Assembly: GCA_025935415.1 (NCBI GenBank)
Contig: JAICVI010000002.1
Location: 1 to 53,503 of the forward strand
Source: Chloroflexota bacterium
GTDB taxonomy: Bacteria > Chloroflexota > Limnocylindria > Limnocylindrales > CSP1-4
Direction: 5' to 3'
Length of the DNA stretch: 53,503 bases
This document shows positions 25,391-33,829 of the stretch, one piece after another. Below the pieces are notes generated by a model. It was not told where the DNA came from and did not search any database. It saw only the letters and a program-made list of their open reading frames with translations. How positions within the stretch are numbered: position 1 is the stretch's first letter; each line of letters starts with the position of its first letter. The position numbers and the translations under genes are program-made.

Positions 25391-26580
25391 CGCGCCACCT
25401 CTGCTCGCTCTTCCACCTTGGCAGCATCCCACAGATCGTCGAGGGCCTCGAAATCGAGGTCCCGGATGGCCAGCCCACGCTGGGCGACCATACGCTCCAC
25501 GCGCCGGAAGCGGCCGCGGAACTTCTCGTTGGCGGCCCTGAGCGCACCCTCGGTCTCGATGCCCAGCTTGCGCCCGACGTTGACGACGACCAGCAGGAGG
25601 TCGCCGAACTCCTCCCGCCGCTCGGTGGCATCGCCCGCCCGGGCCAGCTCCTCCAGCTCCTCGGCAACCTTGTCGAGCACGCCGTCGACGTCCGGCCAGT
25701 CGTAGCCAAGGGCCGCCGCGCGCTCCTGCATCTCCTGGCTCGCCGCGAGCGCCGGCATGGAGCTGCTGATGCCGTCGAGCGCGCTGCGGGCGGGCGCCTC
25801 GGCCGTTGCCGCCTCGGCGCGCTCGTCGGCCTTGATCCGTTCCCACTGGCGATTGACGTCGGCGGCCGTCTTGGCGACGGCGTCCCCGAAGACGTGCGGG
25901 TGCCGCCGGACGATCTTCCGCGCGATCGAGGCCTGGACGTCCGCGAGGTCGAAGACGCCCTCCTCGGCGGCGAGCTGAGCGTGGAGGATGACCTGCAGGA
26001 GGAGGTCGCCGAGCTCCTCGGCGAGCGCCGGCGTCGCGCCATGCTGGAGCGCGTCGTAGACCTCGTAGGCCTCCTCGAGGAGGTGCTTGCGGAGCGACTC
26101 GTGCGTCTGCTCCCGGTCCCAGGGGCAGCCGTCGGGACGGCGGAGGCGGTCGCTGATGAACGGCATCGCCCACGGGCCGGCGGCGGCGAGCTCCGGCGCG
26201 AGCGGGGCGAGGTAGAGCGGCAGGGCGAGGTCCGCCGGGACGAGCGACCCGACGGTCGGCGCCCGCTCGTTGCCGCGTTCGGGGCTCGCCAGGAACGCGA
26301 CGGGGGCTGCCGCCGGGTAGAGCCGCCGGAGGAGCGAGATCGGGTCATGCCCCGAAGGCCCGTGGCGTCCCGGCAGCGGTCGCGCGCCCTCCGACGCGTC
26401 CGTGGCCGCATCCCGGCTCGGGCCGGACGCGGGCGCGAGCATCGCCAGTGGGACGACGAGCAGCGGCCGTGAGGCCTCGATCGGGGTCGCCGTCAGCCGC
26501 TCGGCCGCGACGACCTGGATCCCCGCGGCGACGTCCAGGCCGTGCTCGCGGACCGCCTGCTCGACCAGGGCGTCGAGCAT
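25387..26580 (-). CDS. mazG: MazG-family nucleoside triphosphate pyrophosphohydrolase (tandem MazG domains) with a ~140-aa N-terminal extension
   Basis: Track ORF of 397 aa: [27 protein letters not shown]...[14 protein letters not shown]...[10 protein letters not shown], followed by a second MazG repeat ([20 protein letters not shown]...[14 protein letters not shown]). Confidence 0.8.
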   Translation of the reverse strand: MLDALVEQAVREHGLDVAAGIQVVAAERLTATPIEASRPLLVVPLAMLAPASGPSRDAATDASEGARPLPGRHGPSGHDPISLLRRLYPAAAPVAFLASPERGNERAPTVGSLVPADLALPLYLAPLAPELAAAGPWAMPFISDRLRRPDGCPWDREQTHESLRKHLLEEAYEVYDALQHGATPALAEELGDLLLQVILHAQLAAEEGVFDLADVQASIARKIVRRHPHVFGDAVAKTAADVNRQWERIKADERAEAATAEAPARSALDGISSSMPALAASQEMQERAAALGYDWPDVDGVLDKVAEELEELARAGDATERREEFGDLLLVVVNVGRKLGIETEGALRAANEKFRGRFRRVERMVAQRGLAIRDLDFEALDDLWDAAKVEERAEVAR

Positions 26581-26583
26581 CGG

Positions 26584-28314
26584 CTAGCCGGTGGTGCTGG
26601 ACGAGAGCGGCCGCTCGATCTTGGCCTTGTCCTTCTCCCGCGTGTACCAGTTGGTGAAGCCGCTGTCCTTCACGATCTGGATCTGCTCGTCGGTCAGCGG
26701 CTTCGTCTCCTCGGCCAGGATGCGGAACAGGTAGGCCCCGTCGCCGGAAACCGTCACGACGTCCGACATCGAGCCCACCGGCGTGTCGAAGACCGCGCTG
26801 TCGAGGTCGCTGGAGAGCTGGCCGCGGATGACCCAGCCGATGTCGCCGCCGTCCTTGGAGCCGTCACCCTCGCTGTTGTCTCGGGCGAGCTGGCGGAAGG
26901 TCGCCTCATCGGTGGCCTTGGCCTTGAGGCCCTCCAGGAAGGTGTCCTCGCCGTCGGTCGTGCGTCGCATGATCTGGATGAGGTACCAGCCGGCCGTGCC
27001 CTTGACGGGGTCGAGGATCGTGCCGTCCGGCTGGTTGTTGGCCACGATCGCGTTCTTGACGGACGCATCGATCGTCGCCGACGGATAGATCCAGACCTGC
27101 TTGCCGCCGTTGGTCTTGCCGGTCGACTCGTCCGAGCTGCTTCGCGCGAGCTCGTCGAACTTGTCGGGGTTCGCCTTCAGGATCGCGGCGAACTCGTCGG
27201 CATCGGCCTTGGCCTTGGTCCAGGCGGGATCGTCGGCGGGGACCGTGGGCGCGGCGGCCATGCTGTCCTTGGGCGCGAACACGATCCAGCGAACCTTGGT
27301 GCCCGTCTCTGTCTGGGCCTGCGAGGAGTCCGGCTCCGGGAGGCGGATCTGGAGGACGTGTCGCTGGGGGCCGGGCTGCTGCAGGTCGGCCGTGATCTTG
27401 TCCGAGAGCTTCTTGCGCAGCACGTCGCCGCGGACGGCGACCCGATAGTCCGCGAGGTTGATGTTGGCGGCGGCGATCGTGGCCTGGAAGTCCGGATCCA
27501 CCGACTCGGGCTCGTCTTCGGTGTAGCGGCCGATGTAGTAGTTGCCGTCGGTGCCCTCGACGATGTCGGTCGGCTGGTTGATCTTCGCCGCGAAGACGGC
27601 CTCCATGAGCTTCTCGTCGTAGCCACTGTCCTTGGCGATGAAGCCGAGGTCGCCTGCCTGCGCGGCGAGGGCCGAGTCCGAGGCCGTCTTGGCCACGTCA
27701 TCCCAGGCCTCGCCGCGGGTCAGCCGGCCGAGGGCCTTCTGGGCCCGTACCAGGGCGGCCTGCTTCTGCTCTGCCGTCGGCTTGCCGGTGTCGGGGTCCA
27801 CCTCGGGATCGATCTCGATCATCCAGGTATGGCGCTGCTCCGCGGTCGTCGCCTCCTGGACGAGCTGCGCGTCGATGTCCGCGTCGGTGATGGTGATGCC
27901 GTTGTCCGCGCCGAGCTTCGTCATCAGCGAGACGTCGATCAGCCGCTCGAGGGTCAGGTCGGCCAGCTGCTGGCGGCGCTGGTCGATGAACGAGAGCTGC
28001 TGGGCGCCGTCCTCCGGGGTGATCTTGCGGCTCGCCATGAGCGTCTGGATCCGGCTGGCGACGTAGTCGAGCCGGAAGCTCTCGATCTTGAGGCGGGCGA
28101 CCAGGTCGTCCTTCGTGATGACCTGGCCGTTGACCACGGCGGCCGCGCCGTAATGGCCGTCGTACCAGCTCCAGGCGGCATAGCCGACGAGGATCAGGAC
28201 GGAGAAGCCGATGGCGAGGAAGAAGCCGAGGTTGATGAGGCTGTTCCGGCGGTCACCGGAATCCCAGCCGGCGCGGCTGCGACGCCGCGCTACGGGCCTG
28301 GCTCGGAGCGTCAT
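26584..28314 (-). CDS. Membrane-anchored peptidyl-prolyl isomerase (SurA/PrsA-like), with up to three parvulin-like repeats
   Basis: Track ORF of 576 aa with an N-terminal TM segment (LINLGFFLAIGFSVLILVGYAAW). Parvulin-like segments end in GDLGFI...GNYYIGRY, ...GTAGWYLIQI and GGDIGWV...GDGAYLFRI. Confidence 0.75.
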   Translation of the reverse strand: MTLRARPVARRRSRAGWDSGDRRNSLINLGFFLAIGFSVLILVGYAAWSWYDGHYGAAAVVNGQVITKDDLVARLKIESFRLDYVASRIQTLMASRKITPEDGAQQLSFIDQRRQQLADLTLERLIDVSLMTKLGADNGITITDADIDAQLVQEATTAEQRHTWMIEIDPEVDPDTGKPTAEQKQAALVRAQKALGRLTRGEAWDDVAKTASDSALAAQAGDLGFIAKDSGYDEKLMEAVFAAKINQPTDIVEGTDGNYYIGRYTEDEPESVDPDFQATIAAANINLADYRVAVRGDVLRKKLSDKITADLQQPGPQRHVLQIRLPEPDSSQAQTETGTKVRWIVFAPKDSMAAAPTVPADDPAWTKAKADADEFAAILKANPDKFDELARSSSDESTGKTNGGKQVWIYPSATIDASVKNAIVANNQPDGTILDPVKGTAGWYLIQIMRRTTDGEDTFLEGLKAKATDEATFRQLARDNSEGDGSKDGGDIGWVIRGQLSSDLDSAVFDTPVGSMSDVVTVSGDGAYLFRILAEETKPLTDEQIQIVKDSGFTNWYTREKDKAKIERPLSSSTTG

Positions 28315-28392
28315 GCGGTGCGTATTTCCTGGTGGGATGGGGCGCGCCGATCAGGCCTGGCGCAAGGGGCGGGGCCGAATGGTACCGCAAGG

Positions 28393-29550
28393 TCACTCGA
28401 GCGCCGGGAGGAGGACCTCGTCCACGAACCGCCGGCTCGACTGGCCGTCGGCGATCTCGAAGGCGTCGTCGCGGAACCGGGCGACGCGATCGAGGTCGAA
28501 GTCGGCGGCGCGGAGCCAGGCGGCGAGCTCCGCGGTCGTGTCGAAGACCGGACCGGGCACGCCCGATCGGTAGTCGAAGTAGAACCCGCGCTCGCCCTCG
28601 TAGTCGGCGAGGTCCGGGGCGAAGAACGCCATCGGACGGCCCAGGAGCGAGTACTCGTAGATCGCGCTGGAGTAGTCGGTCACGAGGACGTCGCTGACGA
28701 GCATCAGGTCGTGGATGTCCGGGTGGTCCGAGACATCGACCACGAAGCCCTCGAGGTCCGGTCCCAGGACGGTCGAGCGGCGGACGAAGGGATGCTGCCG
28801 AAGGAGCAGCACGTGGTCCTGGCCCAGGGCCGCGCGAAGCCCGTGGAGGTCCAGCTCGACCGGCTGCCGCGCCACCAGCGCGCTCTCGCCCCGGAACGTC
28901 GGCGCGTACAGGACCGTCCGCTTCCCGGCGATCGCGGGATAGGCGGCGCGGACCGCGGCTTCGGCGGTGTGGCGGCGCTCGCCGAAGAGCTGGTCGGTCC
29001 GGGGGACGCCGGTGGACGCGTGGAAGCGCTCCAGCGGCTGGTTGAACGCCTCGGCGTACGCCGGGGCGAAGCGCATCGAGGACACGAGGCAGTAGTCGTA
29101 GTTCGTGTGGATCGGGAGCTGCGCGACGTCCGCCTCGGTCTGGCCGAAGCCCTTGTCGAGGACGCTGTAGCCGAACTTCTTGAATGCGCCCGAGGCATGC
29201 CACACCTGGACGAAGGTCGTGCGACTGCGCGGCCGGACCGCATACATCGGCAGGAAGTAGTCGTCGACGACGAAGGCCCGCGCCCCCGCGAGGTGGTAGC
29301 CGGAGCGGATGGAGGCGAGGGCCGCGGTGACGAGGCCACGCAGCGAGGTGCTGGGCTCGAAGGCAATCGTTGCGACCGGGATGCGAGGCGACCGGCCGGC
29401 CAGCTCCGCGCGAACGGCCGCGAGATTGCCCCCGAGGCGCCGGGCGTGGCTGGTCGCGAGCACGACCCGGCGTCGCGGCGGGCCGGCGAGGCGCCCCACG
29501 AGGAACCCGAGACGAACCAGCGCAAGCCTGGCGGCGAGCCGTGGGGACAT
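28393..29550 (-). CDS. TagF/TarL-family CDP-polyol phosphotransferase (teichoic-acid-type polyol-phosphate transferase)
   Basis: The ATG at 29550 lies in track ORF 28393..29793. The sequence reads VQVWHASGAFKKFGYS...GVPRTDQLF...RTVLYAPTFRGE...VLLLRQHPFV...SDVLVTDYSSAIYEYSLLGRPMAFFAPDLADYEGERGFYFDY, which carries the Glyphos_transf motifs. Confidence 0.85.
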   Translation of the reverse strand: MSPRLAARLALVRLGFLVGRLAGPPRRRVVLATSHARRLGGNLAAVRAELAGRSPRIPVATIAFEPSTSLRGLVTAALASIRSGYHLAGARAFVVDDYFLPMYAVRPRSRTTFVQVWHASGAFKKFGYSVLDKGFGQTEADVAQLPIHTNYDYCLVSSMRFAPAYAEAFNQPLERFHASTGVPRTDQLFGERRHTAEAAVRAAYPAIAGKRTVLYAPTFRGESALVARQPVELDLHGLRAALGQDHVLLLRQHPFVRRSTVLGPDLEGFVVDVSDHPDIHDLMLVSDVLVTDYSSAIYEYSLLGRPMAFFAPDLADYEGERGFYFDYRSGVPGPVFDTTAELAAWLRAADFDLDRVARFRDDAFEIADGQSSRRFVDEVLLPALE

Positions 29551-29612
29551 GACGCGACGGGATGATAGCGATCGACCTCGGGGCTTCCGGCGCGTCCTAT
29601 GCTCTCCGGCGC

Positions 29613-31037
29613 ATGCAGATTCACGCCCTCGTGCTGGCCGGCGGATCGGGCGACCGCTTCGCCGCGGAGATGCCCAAGCAGTTCGTCCGGCTCGCCGGCG
29701 AGCCGATCCTGCTCCGGAGCCTGCGAACCGTGGCCGGCGCCGGCATCGATCGGCTCGTCGTCGTCTCGCACCCGTCGTGGATCGCGGAGACACGCGAGAT
29801 CGTGGAGGGAGCGGAGCTCGGGGTGCCGACGGTGGTCGTGGCGGGCGGCGTCACCCGCAACGAGAGCACGCTTCGTGGACTGGCGGCCCTGGAGGCGGAC
29901 CCGGACGACATCGTGCTCGTGCACGACGCGGTGCGGCCCCTGGTCCCGACCGAGGTCATCCAGCGCTCCATCGAGCCGATCCTCTCGGGTCGCGCCGACG
30001 GGACGGACACCGTCATTCCCACGGCCGACACGCTGGTCGTGGTGGAGGGCGACCGGGTCGTGGAGATTCCGCAGCGAGCCCGCTACCGGCGTGGCCAGAC
30101 GCCCCAGACGTTCCGGATGTGGGTTCTGAAGGAGGCCTACGAGAAGGCCGCGGCAGCCGGTGACCTCACCGCGACCGACGACTGCAGCCTGGTCCTCCGC
30201 CACGTGCCCAACGTCCGCCTCGTGGCGGTCGCCGGCGACGAGGTCAACCTCAAGATCACGACGCGCACGGACCTCGTGCTCGCCGACCGGATGATCCAGA
30301 TGCGGACCCTCGAGACCGCGGATCCGGTGCCGACGCGCTCGCTCGAGGAAGCCCGCGTCTACGTCGTCGGAGGAACCGACGGGATCGGGCGGTCGATCGC
30401 GGACGCGGCGGGGGCCGCCGGGGCCCGGGTCGCCGTGGACGGCCGGCGATCCGGCCTCGACGTGCGCGATGCCGCGGGAATCGCGGCCCGCATGGACGCG
30501 GTCGCGGCGGCCTTCGGGGGGATCGATCACGTCATCTGCACGGCCGGGGTCATGCGGGTCGGGCCGTCCGCGGCGGCGAGCGCCGAGGAGCTGGCCGAGG
30601 TCATCGACGTCAACGTCACGGGAACGCTCTCGGTGGCGCGAGCCGCCTATCCCCATCTGCGGGCCTCGCAGGGGTCGTTCACCGTGTTCGCGTCGAGCTC
30701 GTTCAGCCGTGGGCGCGCGAACTACGTGGCCTACTCGGGCAGCAAGGCGGCAGTCGTCAACATCGCCCAGGGGCTCGCGGAGGAGTGGGCGCCCGATCGG
30801 ATCCGGGTGAACGCCGTGAGCCCGGAGCGAACCGACACCCCGATGCGTCGCTCGGCCTTCCCCGAGGAGTCGCGCGCCGGGATGCTGCAACCGGGCGAGG
30901 TCGCCGAGGCAACGCTGCGGCTGATCCGATCCGACCTCACCGGCCAGGTGCTGGACGTGCGGCGCCATGACAGCGCGCCGGTGGATCCGGGCCGGCCGGA
31001 AGCGGGGCGCGCCGAGCCGGCCCCGGAACGGCGGTGA
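29613..31037 (+). CDS. Bifunctional CDP-ribitol synthase-like protein: N-terminal IspD/TarI-type cytidylyltransferase fused to a C-terminal short-chain dehydrogenase (Bcs1/Acs1 architecture)
   Basis: The ATG at 29613 lies in track ORF 29562..31037. The N-terminal part reads ALVLAGGSGDRF....PKQFVRLAGEPIL...VLVHDAVRPLV...RGQTPQTF. The C-terminal part reads VVGGTDGIGRSIA...CTAGV...SSSFSRGRANYVAYSGSKAAV...NAVSPERTDTPM. Confidence 0.85.
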   Translation: MQIHALVLAGGSGDRFAAEMPKQFVRLAGEPILLRSLRTVAGAGIDRLVVVSHPSWIAETREIVEGAELGVPTVVVAGGVTRNESTLRGLAALEADPDDIVLVHDAVRPLVPTEVIQRSIEPILSGRADGTDTVIPTADTLVVVEGDRVVEIPQRARYRRGQTPQTFRMWVLKEAYEKAAAAGDLTATDDCSLVLRHVPNVRLVAVAGDEVNLKITTRTDLVLADRMIQMRTLETADPVPTRSLEEARVYVVGGTDGIGRSIADAAGAAGARVAVDGRRSGLDVRDAAGIAARMDAVAAAFGGIDHVICTAGVMRVGPSAAASAEELAEVIDVNVTGTLSVARAAYPHLRASQGSFTVFASSSFSRGRANYVAYSGSKAAVVNIAQGLAEEWAPDRIRVNAVSPERTDTPMRRSAFPEESRAGMLQPGEVAEATLRLIRSDLTGQVLDVRRHDSAPVDPGRPEAGRAEPAPERR

Positions 31038-32158
31038 CCCGGCTCGATTACCGGATCGCGTCGACGGTCCTGCGGCTGCTCGGCTGGCTGTTCGGGTTCC
31101 TCCCGGCGCGGCGGAACGTGGTGGTCCTGGCGTCGCCGAGGAAGCGGGCGCTCGACGGCAACCTCCTTGCCATACGCGACGAGATCCGGGCCCGCCGTCC
31201 CCGCGCCCGGATCGTGGAGCTGGCGGAGACCTACGGCTACGGCTTCCGCGGGAAGCTGCTCTACGCCCTCCGGATGGTCCGGGCGATGTACCACCTCCGG
31301 ACGGCCGGGCTGGTCGTCCTCGACAATGCCTGGCTGCCGGTCCATGTGGCGCCCCACCCGGCTCGGACCACGGTCGTGCAGGTCTGGCACGCCGTCGGGG
31401 CGCTGAAGCGCTTCGGCGTGGACACGGTCCCGCCGCCCCGCGAGCCCGAGCGCTCCTTCCTGCATCGTCACTACGACTGGGTCGTCGCGAGCGGCGAGGC
31501 CTCTCGCGGTCCCTGGGCGCGGGCGCTGCGAACGAACCCGGACCACGTGCTCGCGCTGGGCTCGCCGCGTACGGACGCGCTCCTCGACCCGGCCGCCCTC
31601 GCGGCCGAACGCGCGCGCATCGTGGCGCGCTACCCCGGGCTCGTGGGCCGCCGCGTGATCACGTACGCGCCCACGTTCCGAGGCCGCGGACGCGGGAAGG
31701 AGCCGGCGCGTGGGCTCGATGCGCCGCGCCTGCGAGCCGCTCTCCCAGCAGGCGACGTGCTCGTGCTCAAGAGCCATCCGAACCTGGACTTCGACCTCGT
31801 GGAGACCTCCGGTTTCGACGTCGTGGTGGACCCAGCGGAGGACATGAACGCCGTGCTCGCAGCGACCGACATCCTCGTGACCGACTACTCGTCCTCGATC
31901 TTCGAGTACGCCCTGCTGCGCCGGCCGCTGGTGTTGCTGGTGCCCGACCTGGAGGCCTACGAGCGCGAGCCGGGGATGTACCTCGACTACCGCCGGGAGA
32001 TGGTCGGCACGCAGGTGCGATCGACCGACGAGGTCGCCGCGGCGATCGCGGCGGACGCGTTCGACCTGTCGCCCTACGAGGCCTTCATCCGCCGCCACCT
32101 CGGCTCGCCGGACGGGCGCTCGAGCCGACGGTTCGTGGATCGATTTCTTCCCGGCTGA
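31034..32158 (+). CDS. Second TagF/TarL-family CDP-polyol phosphotransferase
   Basis: Track ORF of 374 aa with a GTGA start/stop overlap with the preceding gene. The sequence reads VQVWHAVGALKRFG...GSPRTDALL...ITYAPTFRG...VLVLKSHPNL...TDILVTDYSSSIFEYALLRRPLVLLVPDLEAYEREPGMYLDY. Confidence 0.85.
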   Translation: MTRLDYRIASTVLRLLGWLFGFLPARRNVVVLASPRKRALDGNLLAIRDEIRARRPRARIVELAETYGYGFRGKLLYALRMVRAMYHLRTAGLVVLDNAWLPVHVAPHPARTTVVQVWHAVGALKRFGVDTVPPPREPERSFLHRHYDWVVASGEASRGPWARALRTNPDHVLALGSPRTDALLDPAALAAERARIVARYPGLVGRRVITYAPTFRGRGRGKEPARGLDAPRLRAALPAGDVLVLKSHPNLDFDLVETSGFDVVVDPAEDMNAVLAATDILVTDYSSSIFEYALLRRPLVLLVPDLEAYEREPGMYLDYRREMVGTQVRSTDEVAAAIAADAFDLSPYEAFIRRHLGSPDGRSSRRFVDRFLPG

Positions 32159-33797
32159 TCGCCGCCATCACGGGCTCGGTGCCGTTCCCGGCATCGTGCT
32201 CGTCCGGCCCCGGCAGGCTGGCCAGCGTCTCGATCGTCGGCATCGAGCCGGCGAGGATGTCCGGCAAGAGCTCCGACCAGTTGTGCCCGCGGACACGGAT
32301 CCGCACGCGGTTCGCGCGCTGGATCGCCTGCCGGAGCAACGCCCGCTCGCGTGTCAGCAGCTCGTGGTTCGAGAGGCCGCCGATGACCAGCAGCGGCGCG
32401 AACGTCGCAAATGGCGGGAAGGTGTACGCATCCTCGGTGTTCTGGAGGAGCTCGTCGAGGGTGTGCTCCGGCGTCGGCTGCTCGACCAGCGGCTCGCCCC
32501 GTTCCATGAGCACGACGGCCCGAACGCGCGATCGATCGACGACGTCGCAATCGACCAGTGACGTCACGTGGTACTTCGGCGGCGGGATGAACAGCTGGAC
32601 CCAGGCGTTGAGGGTCACGATCGGGATCGGCAGGCGGCCGAGGGCATGCCCGACGGCGCGGCCCTCGCGGGAGTGCAGCTTCGAGCGCACCGCGAGCATC
32701 ATCCGATCGGCCCAGGGGAGAGCCTTGTCGCTGACCGCGTTCATCGTGTGCGACGACAGGGTCATGGGCTTGGGGTAGCCGAGGATCTCGCCGCCGGCGC
32801 CGAGGATCGCCATGTCGTCCGACAGGAATCCATAGTCGTGGTTCACGAGCAGCCGGAGCACGGTGCTGGTCTTGCCCGTGTCCGTCTTCGCCGACATGAC
32901 GAGGGCGCCGGCGTCGCCGTCGATGGCCGCGCAGTGGAGCAGCACGTAGCCACGAGCGACGAGCACGAACCGCAGCAGTGGCTCGACCATGTTCGTGTAG
33001 AGGACGTGGTGTGACCACAGCAGCAGCCAGTTGGCATCGAGCGTGATCGGCTCGCGGGACTCCGGCGGCTGCAGCCCGATGTCGAAGGCCGCGCTGAGCG
33101 CGCCCAGCTGCTCGCGGTACCGGATCGTCCGGCCGTCCCGCCACGTGGCGATCCGCAGCCTGGGCCAGCCCCCGAGCCAGCGCCGTCGGACGACGAGATC
33201 GGGCTCGTCCACCTCGCGGTCGACGTTGAATGCCGCGAGCTCCGGGAGGGCGACGGCCGAGCGGATCCGCAGCAGGCCGTGGATGTCGTACTGGAAGGCC
33301 CCGGCCACGGGCCGTTGCGCGCGCTGGTCACGTCCTGCCCAGATCCAGTTGTCGGCGATGAGGTAGCGGATGCCGAACGTCAGCCCGATCGCCACCAGGT
33401 TGGAGATCGTGTAGTGGAGCCCGGCGTGGTCGGTCAGGAAGTAGAGCACCGGGATGCGGATGAGCAGCGTCGCCATGTTGACGGCGTTGAAGATCAGGTA
33501 GCGGATGAGCACCTGGCCGCGGGCTTCCCGGGCTCGGAAGACCCAGAACTCGGTCAGCAGGAAGTTGCTGAGCGTGGAGACCTGCGAGGACAGGATCGAG
33601 GACACGATGTAGTAGACGCCGAGGACCTCGGTGAACAGGACCAGGGCGAGCTGGTTGACGACGATTCCGAGGATGCCGACGATCGCGAACTTCGAGGGCG
33701 ACGCCAGGACCCGCAGGGCTCGCCGGGCGATCCCGTGGCGGTGGCGCGGCTCGGCAGGCTGGTTCGGCTCGGCAGGAAGCTGCCGTTCCTCGGTCAT
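32085..33797 (-). CDS. Fusion protein: N-terminal GtrA-like 4-TM domain plus C-terminal HPr-kinase-like (HprK-related) P-loop domain
   Basis: Track ORF of 570 aa. Residues ~30-150 (FAIVGILGIVVNQLALVLFTEVLGVYYIVSSILSSQVSTLSNFLLTEFWVFR...ISNLVAIGLTFGIRYLIADNWIW) look like GtrA. Residues ~280-330 (GYVLLHCAAIDGDAGALVMSAKTDTGKTSTVLRLLVNHDYGFLSDDMAIL) match the LHA..v...G..ll.G.sG.GKST..l.L...G....sDD pattern of HprK C-terminal-like proteins. The last 74 nt overlap the convergent TagF-like gene. Confidence 0.7.
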   Translation of the reverse strand: MTEERQLPAEPNQPAEPRHRHGIARRALRVLASPSKFAIVGILGIVVNQLALVLFTEVLGVYYIVSSILSSQVSTLSNFLLTEFWVFRAREARGQVLIRYLIFNAVNMATLLIRIPVLYFLTDHAGLHYTISNLVAIGLTFGIRYLIADNWIWAGRDQRAQRPVAGAFQYDIHGLLRIRSAVALPELAAFNVDREVDEPDLVVRRRWLGGWPRLRIATWRDGRTIRYREQLGALSAAFDIGLQPPESREPITLDANWLLLWSHHVLYTNMVEPLLRFVLVARGYVLLHCAAIDGDAGALVMSAKTDTGKTSTVLRLLVNHDYGFLSDDMAILGAGGEILGYPKPMTLSSHTMNAVSDKALPWADRMMLAVRSKLHSREGRAVGHALGRLPIPIVTLNAWVQLFIPPPKYHVTSLVDCDVVDRSRVRAVVLMERGEPLVEQPTPEHTLDELLQNTEDAYTFPPFATFAPLLVIGGLSNHELLTRERALLRQAIQRANRVRIRVRGHNWSELLPDILAGSMPTIETLASLPGPDEHDAGNGTEPVMAAISREEIDPRTVGSSARPASRGGGG

Positions 33798-33829
33798 GGA
33801 CGGGTGGATTGTAGGTACCTCGCGGATGG

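Noticed and set aside
26542-30968. 1007-aa (+, 26542..29565) and 754-aa (-, 28704..30968) ORFs
   Set aside because: They are antisense to the PPIase, the TagF-like gene and the Bcs1-like gene, all of which have clear family motifs. The products are low-complexity Arg/Gly/Asp-rich.
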